Positions 18,201-27,985 of a stretch of DNA of 64,000 bases are shown piece after piece. The translations under genes and the position numbers were made by a program. The notes under the pieces were generated by a model, which searched no databases, was not told where the DNA came from, and saw nothing but the letters and a program-made list of their open reading frames with translations. Numbering within the stretch: the stretch's first letter is position 1; each line of letters opens with the position of its first letter. The stretch covers positions 547 through 64,546 of the forward strand of contig JBKQIY010000144.1 of the NCBI GenBank assembly GCA_052148155.1. The letters are read 5' to 3'. Origin of the DNA: Acidimicrobiia bacterium (GTDB lineage: Bacteria > Actinomycetota > Acidimicrobiia > IMCC26256 > PALSA-610).

Positions 18201-18884
18201 CTAGTCGTGTCTGAGGTTGGACGCTGAATGTTGGAAGAGCCGTTCGATGTCCGCTTCGGTGGCGCTTTCCGTAACGAGGATGACTTCGTCGCCCGGCGCA
18301 AGTTGGAATGATCCGCCGGGGACGTTGGGTTCACCGCCTCGCACAACCGCAGCGATCATCGTGCCGGTGGGCATCGTGATATCGGCGAGCGTGCGTCCCG
18401 CAGCGTCGGAGTGTGCACCGATCGTCGTTTCGATGAGCCGCACGCCGGCACGGGCGAGTTGCAGCAGCCCGATCGTGTCAGCCGAGCCCGTTGCTTCCAT
18501 CACCAGCGACAAGAGGGTCGACGATGCGGAGACAGCGACGTCGATGCCCCAATGTTCATCGAAGAGCCACTGATTTTCAGGATTGTTCACGCGTGCAACG
18601 ATGCGTGGAATGTCGAAATAGCGTTTGGCGAGCAACGAGGTGACGAGATTGTCTTCGTCATCGCCGGTGGTCGCGACCAACACGTCGGCTTTGAGCGCGC
18701 CCGATCCTTCGAGGACGTTGGGGTCGCAGGCGTCACCCCACAAGACCTGGCATTTGAGGTTACCTTTGAGGCGTTCGACGAGTTCGTCGTCGATGTCGAT
18801 GAGGCTTACCTCGTGACGAGCCGCGGTCAGCGCGGTCGCGGTTTCGATACCGAGACGTCCGGCTCCGGTGATGATGACTCTCAT
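18201..18884 (-). CDS. trkA: TrkA-type RCK (K+ transport regulatory, NAD-binding) protein
   Basis: MRVIITGAGRLG Rossmann motif plus a C-terminal TrkA_C-like region. ATG 18884 overlaps the upstream stop (ATGA). Confidence 0.85.
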   Translation of the reverse strand: MRVIITGAGRLGIETATALTAARHEVSLIDIDDELVERLKGNLKCQVLWGDACDPNVLEGSGALKADVLVATTGDDEDNLVTSLLAKRYFDIPRIVARVNNPENQWLFDEHWGIDVAVSASSTLLSLVMEATGSADTIGLLQLARAGVRLIETTIGAHSDAAGRTLADITMPTGTMIAAVVRGGEPNVPGGSFQLAPGDEVILVTESATEADIERLFQHSASNLRHD

Positions 18885-19540
18885 CGTGGCCATTCCTTGT
18901 CCAAGAAGCTGCGAAGTCGTTGAAGAGAGGTTGCCGCGACGATGAAACTGATGATGTCTCCGTCTTCGATGGCGGTCGTCGTGGTCGGGATGAGGGATTG
19001 GCCCCCGCGGTTGATCTCGACGACGTGGATCTCGCTGTCGACGTTGAACTCGTTGACGTTACGTCCGGTGAGATAGATGGGCGCAGGCGCACGGACCAGA
19101 AGGTTTTCGCCGTTGCCGAAGACTTGTTCGGGTTCGAGCTCACGAAAGGAAAGGAGTTGATGGATCTCGTTGACGGTCCAACGCACAGAGGCGACGGTCG
19201 TGATGCCGAGGTCTCGGTAGATGTCGGCGCGGCGGGGGTCGTAGATGCGGGCGACGACTTTCGGAACGCGGTAGATATCTCGGGCGGTTCTCGCTCCGAC
19301 GATGTTGGAGTTATCGCCGGACGTGACCGCGATGAACGCGTCGGCTTCTTGAATGTTGACGGCTTCGAGAACGCGTTTGCTGAACCCGATTCCGGTCTGC
19401 GCGCGTCCCGAGAAGCGGCGCGACAGGCGGAGGAAGGCTTTGGGGTTCTTGTCGATCACGCAGACGGAGTGGCCTTCGCTGTCGAGCCGTTCCGCGATGC
19501 CGGCTCCGACGCGTCCGCAGCCCATGACGATGGCGTGCAT
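18881..19540 (-). CDS. trkA: TrkA-type RCK (K+ transport regulatory, NAD-binding) protein
   Basis: MHAIVMGCGRVGAGIA Rossmann motif, then DAFIAVTSGDNSNIV. GGAGAA RBS lies between the ATPase stop and this ATG. Confidence 0.85.
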   Translation of the reverse strand: MHAIVMGCGRVGAGIAERLDSEGHSVCVIDKNPKAFLRLSRRFSGRAQTGIGFSKRVLEAVNIQEADAFIAVTSGDNSNIVGARTARDIYRVPKVVARIYDPRRADIYRDLGITTVASVRWTVNEIHQLLSFRELEPEQVFGNGENLLVRAPAPIYLTGRNVNEFNVDSEIHVVEINRGGQSLIPTTTTAIEDGDIISFIVAATSLQRLRSFLDKEWPR

Positions 19541-19550
19541 GCTGGTTCTC

Positions 19551-22325
19551 CTAGGCGGTCGTCGGTTGGCGTCGTGATCGGATCCACAGTTTGCGCAGTT
19601 CGTCTGCGATCAGCAGGACGACACCGAACGCGATGAGCATGAGCCAGTCGTACACGGTGAGTGGCGCCGTGTGGAACACCGATTGCAGCAGTGGGACATA
19701 GCTGATCGCGGAGATGATCGCGATGCCGAGAAATTCTGCGCCGACCAGCGGGAGGTTGGACAGAAGCCCGACTCGGAACACGCTCTCCTCGTCGGTGCGG
19801 ACCGCGAAGCCGTTGAAGAACTGACTGACGACGATGCCGGCTTGGGTCATGGTCAGCGCTTCGCGGTAGGTGGGGTTGCTCGCGGTGAACTGACTGAACG
19901 GAATGTGTGCGGAATGGATCCGCCAGTAAAAGGCGAAGATCACACCAGCTGACTGGATGATGCCCAGAAACAAGAATCGGCGTACGACCGACCCCGAGAA
20001 CAGCCGTTCGGATGGAGGGCGAGGCGGACGGTCCATGATGCCAGGTTCGGGTGGCTCGGCGCCGAGCGCGAGGGCAGGCATGACGTCCGATCCAAGGTCG
20101 ATCGCGAGGACCTGCAGCGCGGTGAGCGGCACGAGCGGGAATCCGACGAACACACTGATCAGGATCGGGCTGAGTTCGGCAATGTTGTGACTGAACAGGT
20201 AGATGAGGAACTTACGGATGTTCTGGTACACCGAGCGTCCGAGCTCGACCGCCGAGACGATCGACGCGAACGAATCGTCGAGCAGGACCATCACAGCGGC
20301 TTCACGAGCGACGTCAGTGCCGGTGATGCCCATCGCGACACCAATGTCCGCGCGTTTGAGCGCCGGAGCATCGTTGACGCCGTCGCCGGTGACCGCGACG
20401 ATCTCGCCCATGTCTTTCAGGGCGCTCACGACTTGCATCTTGTGTTCGGGCCGTACCCGTGCGAACACGATCTCCCAATGCGCTCTGAGCACGTCCTTGA
20501 GGTCGTCGTCGGACATGGCTTCGAGATCGTTGCCGCTGACGACCTTGGCGTCATCGCCGACAACGATGCCGACCCGTCGAGCGATGGCTTCGGCGGTGAG
20601 GCCGTAGTCGCCGGTGACCATGATCACGCGGATGCCCGCACCGCGACACGCACGCACCGCATCGACCACTTCCGGGCGAGGAGGATCGAGCATCCCGACC
20701 AAGCCCAAAAACGCGAGTTCACGTTCGGCCTCCTCGACCGGCGCGTAGGCCTGGGAGACGGGTCTTGACGCGACACCCAGCACCCGCAACGCATCTCCGG
20801 CGAGCGCGTCGTTCGCGGCGGTGATCTCGTTGCGGAGCTCGTCGGTCAACGCGACGACGGACCCGTTCCAGCGTACGGTCGTACATCGCGCGAGGAGCTC
20901 TTGCGGAGAGCCCTTGACGAAGCTCTCGTAGCAGCCGTCGACATCGTGGATCGTCGACATCAGTTTGCGATCCGAATCGAAAGGGTGCTCACTGACCCGT
21001 GGGGTCTTCTCAGCCGCAGCTTCGATGTCGAAACCCGCCTTCGCGGCAGCGACCACGATCGCGCCTTCGGTTGTGTCCCCAAGGATCCGCCAGCCCTGGT
21101 CTGCCGTCGGTGCCAAGAGTCTCGCGTCCGCGCACAACGCAGCGGTCCGCAACAGGACAGATACGTCTTCATCGACGTCGTCGACAGCTCCTTCGGGCGC
21201 ATAGCCGACACCATGTACGCGGTGCACGATGCCGGACGCCCACGCTGCCTGTACTGTCATTTCGGCCTTGGTCAAGGTGCCGGTCTTGTCGGTACAGATG
21301 ACCGTCGTGGAGCCAAGTGTCTCCACCGCGAGCAGCTTTTTGATCAACGCATTGCGCTTCGCCATGCGACGTACGCCGATCGCCAACGAAACCGACAATG
21401 TGGCTGGGAGTCCCTCCGGAACGAGCGCGACCATGACGCCAAGCGCGAAGACGAACGCGTCCGTCACCTTCGAACCACTGGTTGTGGCACGCAACGCGAA
21501 CAAGACCGCACCAAGACCGATGGCCGCGACCGAAACCCGCTTGGCCATGATCGCGACCTGCCGTTGGAGTGGGCTTTTTTCTTCGTGGACCTCAGAGGTG
21601 AGTTGGAAGATCCGCCCGAACTCGGTTCCCAATCCGGTCGCGAAGATGACGGCCTTGCCGGTTCCGTTTACGACCGACGTCCCCATGAACACTGCGTTGC
21701 GGGCCTCGACGAGCTCCGTGCCGGGAGCCGCCTCGCTGTCGGTGCGTCCCACCGGGTCGCTCTCGCCGGTGAGCGCAATGTTGTTGACTGACAGCTCATG
21801 AGCCTCGACGACGCGAGCGTCCGCGGAGATCGCATCGCCCGCCTCGAGAACCACAACATCGCCAGGAACCAGGTCCCGTGCTGGCACCTCTACGCGCTCG
21901 CCATCGCGAATCACGCGACTCGATCGAGGCACCATCGCCTGCAGGGCCTCAGCCGTCCGTTCCGCGGAATACTCCTGGAAAAATCCGATCACGGCATTGA
22001 GCAATACGACACACAAGATCGCGATCGCCAGCTCCAAGTTGCCGGGATCGTGCGGCGTTTGGATGCCGTACGCCAAGAACGTGATCGCTGACGCAACGAT
22101 CAGCACTACCGCGAAAAGATCGGTGAACTGCGCGAAGAACCGAAAGATGATCGGGCGGTGCTTTGCGCGCGGCAGCTCGTTCGGACCGCACCGCACGAGC
22201 CGCGCTGCGGCCTCGTCGTTCGTGAGTCCACGCGGCGAACTGTCGAGCGCCGCGTACACATCCAGGCGCGACAACTCAATCGGCCCGTCCGCCACTGGCA
22301 ACTCCCGCTCCTGCGCGGTCGTCAA
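19551..22325 (-). CDS. cation-translocating P-type ATPase (P2-type)
   Basis: [10 protein letters not shown] phosphorylation motif, [23 protein letters not shown], and an N-terminal cation-ATPase domain ([19 protein letters not shown]). Start is TTG 22325 per the ORF track and is uncertain. Confidence 0.9.
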   Translation of the reverse strand: MTTAQERELPVADGPIELSRLDVYAALDSSPRGLTNDEAAARLVRCGPNELPRAKHRPIIFRFFAQFTDLFAVVLIVASAITFLAYGIQTPHDPGNLELAIAILCVVLLNAVIGFFQEYSAERTAEALQAMVPRSSRVIRDGERVEVPARDLVPGDVVVLEAGDAISADARVVEAHELSVNNIALTGESDPVGRTDSEAAPGTELVEARNAVFMGTSVVNGTGKAVIFATGLGTEFGRIFQLTSEVHEEKSPLQRQVAIMAKRVSVAAIGLGAVLFALRATTSGSKVTDAFVFALGVMVALVPEGLPATLSVSLAIGVRRMAKRNALIKKLLAVETLGSTTVICTDKTGTLTKAEMTVQAAWASGIVHRVHGVGYAPEGAVDDVDEDVSVLLRTAALCADARLLAPTADQGWRILGDTTEGAIVVAAAKAGFDIEAAAEKTPRVSEHPFDSDRKLMSTIHDVDGCYESFVKGSPQELLARCTTVRWNGSVVALTDELRNEITAANDALAGDALRVLGVASRPVSQAYAPVEEAERELAFLGLVGMLDPPRPEVVDAVRACRGAGIRVIMVTGDYGLTAEAIARRVGIVVGDDAKVVSGNDLEAMSDDDLKDVLRAHWEIVFARVRPEHKMQVVSALKDMGEIVAVTGDGVNDAPALKRADIGVAMGITGTDVAREAAVMVLLDDSFASIVSAVELGRSVYQNIRKFLIYLFSHNIAELSPILISVFVGFPLVPLTALQVLAIDLGSDVMPALALGAEPPEPGIMDRPPRPPSERLFSGSVVRRFLFLGIIQSAGVIFAFYWRIHSAHIPFSQFTASNPTYREALTMTQAGIVVSQFFNGFAVRTDEESVFRVGLLSNLPLVGAEFLGIAIISAISYVPLLQSVFHTAPLTVYDWLMLIAFGVVLLIADELRKLWIRSRRQPTTA

Positions 22326-22711
22326 CCCGGCCTCTTCACGGTCATCGGGACCTCACGTCTAACGCGATTCCAACAAGGTCGTAACGCTCGTGGAACACGA
22401 ACTCACCCGACGAGCACAGCTACGCGATCTTTACGCTGGGTCCGGTGTTCTTTACGGCGTCTTAGCGCGACGGTGTGCGACGGACCGACGTGGCGCAAGA
22501 TCCCACGGTCCGGCCGCGCCGCCGGCGCGTCTGGTCGACCCGCCCACGCGCCGCGTCACCCGGTCAAGGACGCTGCGACGATCCGCGCCGCCGGTCCTGG
22601 CTGTCGGGGTGCACGTCCCGCCGGCCGCGCGGCCGTTCGAACGGTGGGTCATGCGCCGCTGAGGCCCGCTGAGGCCGTTGACGGGTCGTCGTTTCGGCGG
22701 ATGGTGGCGGT

Positions 22712-23713
22712 TCAGTCTGCGGCTTGGGCGAGAACCTTCATATCGCTCGGAAGCTGCGCCTTCTCCCGGAAGTCGCGCAGTCCGTAGCCGGTCAGGGTCG
22801 TCGGTCCGATTGCGCGGGCGGTCGCGCTGCGCCGCAAGCCGAACATGGGTGCGAGTTCGCCGAAGTAGCTGCCGACGTCTATGCGCGCGAGGTCTTCTTC
22901 GCTGCCGTCGTCGCGTGTACGCAGGATCTGGATCTGGCCTGTCTCCACGACGTAGACGAGGTCGCCGCGGTCGCCCTGGGTGAAGATGGCCTCGCCCGCC
23001 GCGAGTTGGATGGTTTCGGGATCGCGGGGTGAGGTGTCGGCACGTGGAGTCAGGTTTACGACACCGTCGGCGAGCGGAATCATCCGCTCGTCGTGTGTGG
23101 CGACGACGACTAACCGGCCGTCGTCGGCGAGCGCCCGCATCAGCTTCAGTACGCCGTCGACCTGGATGTAGTCGAGGTGGGCGGTGGGTTCGTCGGCGAG
23201 GATGACGGGCGGGTCGTGCGCGAGCGCCCGCGCGATGGCCACGCGCTGTTGTTGGCCGCCCGACATTCCCGAAGGTCGATGCTGGAGGCGGTGGCCGAGG
23301 TCCACTCGTTCGAGGAGTTCGGTGGCGCGGGCACGAGCCACGCGAGATCTCACTCCGGCTCCGCGCAGCGGCACCATCACGTTCTCGACTGCGGTCAAGG
23401 ACGGGACGAGGTTGAACGCTTGGAACACGACGCCGACGGTCTTGCGGCGATACTCGGTCAGTGACGCACCGTGGAGGGCGATGACATCAACTCCTGCGAC
23501 GGACACTTCGCCGGAGTGCGGGGTCAAAATCGCGGCGAGCACCGACAAGAGCGTCGTCTTGCCGCATCCCGACGCGCCGAGCAGCAAGACGAGCTCGCCG
23601 GCCGATGCTTCGACTGAAAGTCCGTCGATCGGCCGGATCGGATATCCCCCCGACGAGTACTCGATGACAAGATCGGTCACGCGCAGATCGGCCCGGGCGG
23701 TGGACACGCTCAC
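22712..23713 (-). CDS. ABC transporter ATP-binding protein with C-terminal cyclic nucleotide-binding domain
   Basis: ORF 22712..24043 trimmed to GTG 23713, which overlaps the permease stop (GTGA). Walker A GASGCGKTT, signature MSGGQQQR, Walker B VILADEPT. A C-terminal region of roughly 110 aa follows with GEAIFTQGDRGD...FGELAPMFGLRRSATARA (CNB phosphate-binding cassette). Confidence 0.85.
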   Translation of the reverse strand: MSVSTARADLRVTDLVIEYSSGGYPIRPIDGLSVEASAGELVLLLGASGCGKTTLLSVLAAILTPHSGEVSVAGVDVIALHGASLTEYRRKTVGVVFQAFNLVPSLTAVENVMVPLRGAGVRSRVARARATELLERVDLGHRLQHRPSGMSGGQQQRVAIARALAHDPPVILADEPTAHLDYIQVDGVLKLMRALADDGRLVVVATHDERMIPLADGVVNLTPRADTSPRDPETIQLAAGEAIFTQGDRGDLVYVVETGQIQILRTRDDGSEEDLARIDVGSYFGELAPMFGLRRSATARAIGPTTLTGYGLRDFREKAQLPSDMKVLAQAAD

Positions 23714-24813
23714 CCGCCGAACGCCAGGGCAGGATCGACGGTCACGGCTCGTCGCAACGCAACGAGCGACGACGCCAGACCGACCACAACCGCGACGATC
23801 GGTAGCACGACGTACGACGAGATCGGGACCGAGACCGCCATCGCCATCGCGGGTGTCAGGAGAAACGAGAGAATGTATGCGGCGACCGCGGCGGACAACG
23901 CCAGCACGATCGCTTGGAACGCCAAGCCGGACAGCAGTGTCCGCGTCGCGACGCCGGTCGCTTTGAACACTGCGAAGTCGCGGGATCGCTCGATGGCCTG
24001 CAAGTACAGGATCGAACCGATGATTCCCGCTGCCACGATCCACAGCAGAACGGTGATGAAGCTGATTGTCTGTGTCGCTTGGCTGATCGGTCGTTTGAGG
24101 TCAGCCTTCACCGCCTGGTTCGAGAGCAGCTGGTAGCCCGCGGGTGGCGACACGATCGAGCCTCGCACCGCGACAGTCGTGGCGAGCGGAGCGCCGTTCA
24201 GCGCTCCTTCTTGCAGGCTGGCTAGCGGCACGAATGCGACGGGAACGCCAGCGAAGTACGTCAGCCCTTTGGTGCGACCCACGATCGTGAACTCGCGGCC
24301 GAGCGCACGAACCGTCGAACCGAGCCGCAGGCCGAGCGAGGCATCAGCGATCATGTCGCCCGATGCGCGCAACGACCGACCGCCGGCAAGCTTCGGATTC
24401 ACCATCCCACCCGGCACGATCCCGATCACGTTGAGGTCGCGCACCGACGTCGTCGTGACGCTCGTGCGCATGAGTAGCACCGGCTCGGCGGCCTGTACGC
24501 CGGGGAGCGCGGCGATCTTGTGCGCTTCCGAAGCCGGAAATACCCGCGAACTCGTGAACGGTCCCGACACGCCGGCCGGCACAATCCACGAGTCGACATG
24601 GAAGGCCGCAACCGTGTGTTTGATCTCGTTTCCGAAGCTGGCGCTGACGCCGCTCATCAACAGCGTCAACGCGAAGACCAACCCGGCCGCAAGCACCCCG
24701 ATCAGAAACCGACGGCGCCGCCACTGCAGGTCACGCAAGCTCACGAACAGCAAGAACCTCGAGCTTAACGGCACCGTGGTTCCCCTCGCGGGCCGCGGGC
24801 ACTTCGAATTCAT
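23710..24813 (-). CDS. ABC transporter permease (FtsX/MacB-like)
   Basis: ORF 23710..25002 trimmed to ATG 24813. Order is N-terminal TM (FLIGVLAAGLVFALTLLM), a large loop, then three C-terminal TM segments (FITVLLWIVAAGIIGSILY..., LSGLAFQAIVLALSAAVAAY..., VVLPIVAVVVGLASSLVAL). Confidence 0.75.
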   Translation of the reverse strand: MNSKCPRPARGTTVPLSSRFLLFVSLRDLQWRRRRFLIGVLAAGLVFALTLLMSGVSASFGNEIKHTVAAFHVDSWIVPAGVSGPFTSSRVFPASEAHKIAALPGVQAAEPVLLMRTSVTTTSVRDLNVIGIVPGGMVNPKLAGGRSLRASGDMIADASLGLRLGSTVRALGREFTIVGRTKGLTYFAGVPVAFVPLASLQEGALNGAPLATTVAVRGSIVSPPAGYQLLSNQAVKADLKRPISQATQTISFITVLLWIVAAGIIGSILYLQAIERSRDFAVFKATGVATRTLLSGLAFQAIVLALSAAVAAYILSFLLTPAMAMAVSVPISSYVVLPIVAVVVGLASSLVALRRAVTVDPALAFGG

Positions 24814-25265
24814 CCGCGGACCGCGCGGCGCGCGCCGCCCTGAGATGACGTGACTCTCAGTCTCGGCGTCGGCCAGGATCGAGGGGATCCGTTTCCAGAG
24901 CGAAACGTGTTGCTCCTCGCATGTGGCGGCGCCTGTCGGGTAGCCGAGCCACGGTCGGAAACGATGCCGCGCGTGTTCGTCGCAGTCGCGGGCGTTTGTC
25001 ACATTTCGGGCCCGATGTTCTCGGAGCGTCCAACGTTTCGTTCAGTCCGAAGTGCGCTCGGCTGAACCGGTGAACCGCCGCCAAACGAGGCGTCCGCGGT
25101 CAGGCACACGCGCGTTGACGCTCGTGCCGGTGTTGTGAGCGCGGTCGCGGTAACGGCCTGAAAGTACGGAGACGTCGCACTCCAGGTCCGCTCGACCGTG
25201 GTGGGTCCGCTCGCAACGGTGCTTCTGGCCTCGGGCCCCCGTCTCGGCGTCGGGGAGGAGGATGG

Positions 25266-26105
25266 TCAGCGCAGACCCGGGCCCAGCGCATGCAGGCGAT
25301 GCAAGCCGGCTTCGCCGCGCGTCGAGAGACGAGCCAGCCGCAGGCAGCGCAAACCGCAGATCACGATCCAGCCGAGGTCGACTTGTGCGCCGCAGCCGAA
25401 GCGCGGGGAGTTCTCGGCGCAGTGATGGTTCCGGTGCCATCCTTCGCCGACCGTGAGCCACGCGATCACCGGCATGTTCGTCGCGTACCCGCCGAGTGTC
25501 CGTTCCGACACGCCTGCGTGACCGAAGCCGTTGATCGCACCTCCGGCCAGCAGGTAGTAGGCCGCGTGAAGACCAGACGCGGCAAGACCCGCGACGACAC
25601 CGACGGCGACACCGACCCAACCACCGACAATCCAGTGCCCAACGAACGCCATCGTCGTGCACGCAACTGCCACGCCGATCGCGAGTCCGAACTCACCGTG
25701 GTCGAACAGCAAACTGTCCCATCGATCTGGCGTCAGGTCGCGATACTTGTTGACGAGTTGCGGGTCGCGCGTGCTTTTGGTGTACAGCGGTCCGTTCCGC
25801 CAGAACACCCGCCACGCGCCTCGGCGCCCGCCTCCGAAGTTGCGCGGCGTGTGCGGGTCGTCGGGAGTGTCCTCGGCCAAATGGTGGTATCGATGCACTT
25901 GCGCCCATTGCCGAGGCTTCAACGCTGTGGTGATCCAAATGACGACGCGACTTGCGGCGCGAACCTCGGGCCGCAGTTCGATGCTTCCATGAGCGAGGAA
26001 ACGGTGGAGGTACACGGTCGTCGCAAACATCGCGAGTTGCGTCACCGCGAAGCCGACCAGCACGGTGGTGATGCCCATCACAAGGTAGGGAAGCGCAGCG
26101 CTCAA
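25266..26105 (-). CDS. membrane fatty acid (acyl-CoA/acyl-lipid) desaturase
   Basis: Three His boxes: HRFLAH, HRYHH, WHRNHH. Several hydrophobic segments. Confidence 0.85.
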   Translation of the reverse strand: MSAALPYLVMGITTVLVGFAVTQLAMFATTVYLHRFLAHGSIELRPEVRAASRVVIWITTALKPRQWAQVHRYHHLAEDTPDDPHTPRNFGGGRRGAWRVFWRNGPLYTKSTRDPQLVNKYRDLTPDRWDSLLFDHGEFGLAIGVAVACTTMAFVGHWIVGGWVGVAVGVVAGLAASGLHAAYYLLAGGAINGFGHAGVSERTLGGYATNMPVIAWLTVGEGWHRNHHCAENSPRFGCGAQVDLGWIVICGLRCLRLARLSTRGEAGLHRLHALGPGLR

Positions 26106-26360
26106 CGAAACCTCTCATCTCGGGACGATGGTGCGTGTGTCGACCGTCACGGTGTTCTATGAGTCGAGTTCAAGAATCAGGTAAGACATTCGAGTCGGGA
26201 CGGGACAGACGCTTGCCGTTCTGCACGGACGACAACACTGCCCATGTTCGACAGCGCACCCGAGGGGCAGCCGCGTCGTCGTCGACGCGTCGTTCGGCCC
26301 TCGGCGATAGGTGTCCGGTCATACGTGATCGTGGCTCGCGCGGTGATGCGGAGCCCGGGA

Positions 26361-26891
26361 TCAGGCTGGGTCGCGTCCGCGGGAGCGTTCGTGTTCTTGG
26401 GCGCCGACCAAAGCGTATCCCCGCAGGGTTCGAAACCGCATGCATGGATGCGGTGGTGGTTTGGTGTGGTGGTGGTGGTGGTGGTGGTGGTGTGGTGTTC
26501 GCTGCGGCGACGACGGGACGGAACCCCGAGGGTGCGCGAGTGACGTCGAGACGGTTCGAGCTCCCACTCGCGAGCGTGTGCGGTCCGAGATGCCCGGGCG
26601 GATCGGCGGCGAAGGTTGGCGTCGGCGACACCAGGCCTTGTTGTGCGGTTGGCCTGCGGTCGCCTCAGTCTTGACGGTGGAGTTCGCCGTGATCGACGTG
26701 GCGCGGTGTCGGCGCGACGAGTCGGCGACGTCGGATGTCGCCACGCCGACGAGGCGACGTTCGTCCCGGCGGTCGTTGCGCACGAACCGGTACGTGTCGG
26801 TTGTGTCGTGGTCGGTGCCATTTCGCCGACCCGGCCCGCCGAGACACGTGACGCCGAACTTGAGCTTGTTCTGTGGCGTGCGGTTGCTCAT
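26361..26891 (-). CDS. doubtful ORF: Arg-rich hypothetical protein with a (His)9 tract
   Basis: ATG 26891 (MSNRTPQNKLKFGV...), within ORF 26361..26993. The first ~80 codons show high third-position GC by my count. However, the sequence is low-complexity and all six frames are open across the repeat, so this may not be a gene. Confidence 0.2.
   Translation of the reverse strand: MSNRTPQNKLKFGVTCLGGPGRRNGTDHDTTDTYRFVRNDRRDERRLVGVATSDVADSSRRHRATSITANSTVKTEATAGQPHNKAWCRRRQPSPPIRPGISDRTRSRVGARTVSTSLAHPRGSVPSSPQRTPHHHHHHHHHTKPPPHPCMRFRTLRGYALVGAQEHERSRGRDPA
26452..26497. repeat. imperfect (GGT)n trinucleotide microsatellite, with a perfect (GGT)8 core at 26468-26491
   Basis: ggtggtggtttggtgtggtggtggtggtggtggtggtggtgtggtg, read directly. 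Confidence 0.9.
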
Positions 26892-27424
26892 GATCGTTGG
26901 CTCAATGTGGGTGGTGACGGACGCGGGCGCGGCGCGCATGTCGTGACGGAGTATGGCCGGCCAGTCCTGGCGGCCGTGCCTCACTGCGCGCACGGTGGGT
27001 CGCTAAGTTGCGTCTCGATGCGTGCGCGTGTTGGGTTGCAGATGTTCGTGCGGCGGGTGGTGGTCGTCGTGTACGCCGCCAGAGCCGGCGGCTTCGGCCA
27101 GTCGCCCGGTGCGGCCGATATGTTCGGCGGTGACGGACGCGTCGTTGTCGGCCGCGACTGGAACGCACGCAAACATCTCTTGACGAACCTTCCTCGAATG
27201 CGGCGATCGCCCCGAACGCCTGTTCCGTCGACCAGCACGACGCAGCTGCGACCGACCACGACGACGACCGTCGACGGGCGTTTCCTTCCGGTCAGTCCCA
27301 CGACCGGCGGCGTGCTTGTCGGCTGCCCCAAGCGATGTGACCGCCGACAACGCCAGTTCTTCACAGATCCTTAGGTTGCGATCGCAGCGGTGAGGTGGGT
27401 CACGCGTACAGTCGCGGGCGTCGC

Positions 27425-27985
27425 ATGAAACGCAGGTCTCGGAGGCCCTATTGGTCGAGACGCGGGCTGCTCGTCGCTGCCACGCTGGTCGTCGTGGTCG
27501 TCTGCGCGGGCTGCGATTCTGCGGCGAAGGCGAAGGCGGCGCCTTCGCCTGCCAGCTCGTCGTCGGTCACATCATCGTCGCTGGTGGTGGGCACATCGGT
27601 GACGCAGTCGAGGTACGCGACGCTGTATCTGCAGATCCTCGGACCCGCCGATGAAGCGAGCGGGAAGTTCTTTTCGGCACTCAAGGCGCTTCCGGCCAAC
27701 GCGACCGGGGCTCAAGCTCAGAGGATCGCCACGCCGGCCGCGGACGCGATCAGCACCGCTGATCAACGTCTGTTGCAGGTGTCATGGCCGCCCGATGTTG
27801 CTTCCGCGGTCAGCGCGCTCGTTCTTGTCGACGCACGGCTGGTCGAAGATCTCGGCGACCTCGGTCCGTTGAGTTATGTCACGTCCGGAGGTTGGAAGAG
27901 CCGCTTCGAGCGCGACGTGTCCGCGGTGAGCACTCAGGTGGCCGTTGTGGTTTCAGATCTCCAGCGACCGATCGCAACGAAGTGA
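27425..27985 (+). CDS. putative secreted protein or lipoprotein
   Basis: ORF 27395..27985; ATG 27425 preferred (MKRRSRRPYWSRRGLLVAATLVVVVVCAGCDS). Basic n-region, hydrophobic core and a degenerate lipobox-like CAGC. Ser/Ala-rich linker follows. Confidence 0.6.
   Translation: MKRRSRRPYWSRRGLLVAATLVVVVVCAGCDSAAKAKAAPSPASSSSVTSSSLVVGTSVTQSRYATLYLQILGPADEASGKFFSALKALPANATGAQAQRIATPAADAISTADQRLLQVSWPPDVASAVSALVLVDARLVEDLGDLGPLSYVTSGGWKSRFERDVSAVSTQVAVVVSDLQRPIATK

Noticed and set aside
26420-26450. tRNA-like GGTTCGAAACC element (a second one lies inside the palindrome at 8532-8549) and a 7-bp hairpin ACCGCAT/ATGCGGT.
   Set aside because: I could not build an acceptor stem, anticodon arm or D-arm around either element, and the flanking stems do not pair as a T-arm. 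I treat them as chance T-loop-like strings.
26452-26497. Possibility that the GGT repeat or other short repeats (for example the tandem CGCTGAGGCC x2 at 22657-22676) mark a CRISPR array or mobile-element end.
   Set aside because: There is no repeat-spacer periodicity and there are no cas, transposase or integrase genes. I found no matching inverted or direct repeats elsewhere in the window.
26616-27374. 252-aa plus-strand and 127-aa minus-strand (26981..27364) ORFs in the gene-poor stretch.
   Set aside because: Their translations are low-complexity (poly-Val/Arg, poly-Thr), no motifs were found, and the two overlap each other. Neither is clearly better than chance in this GC context.
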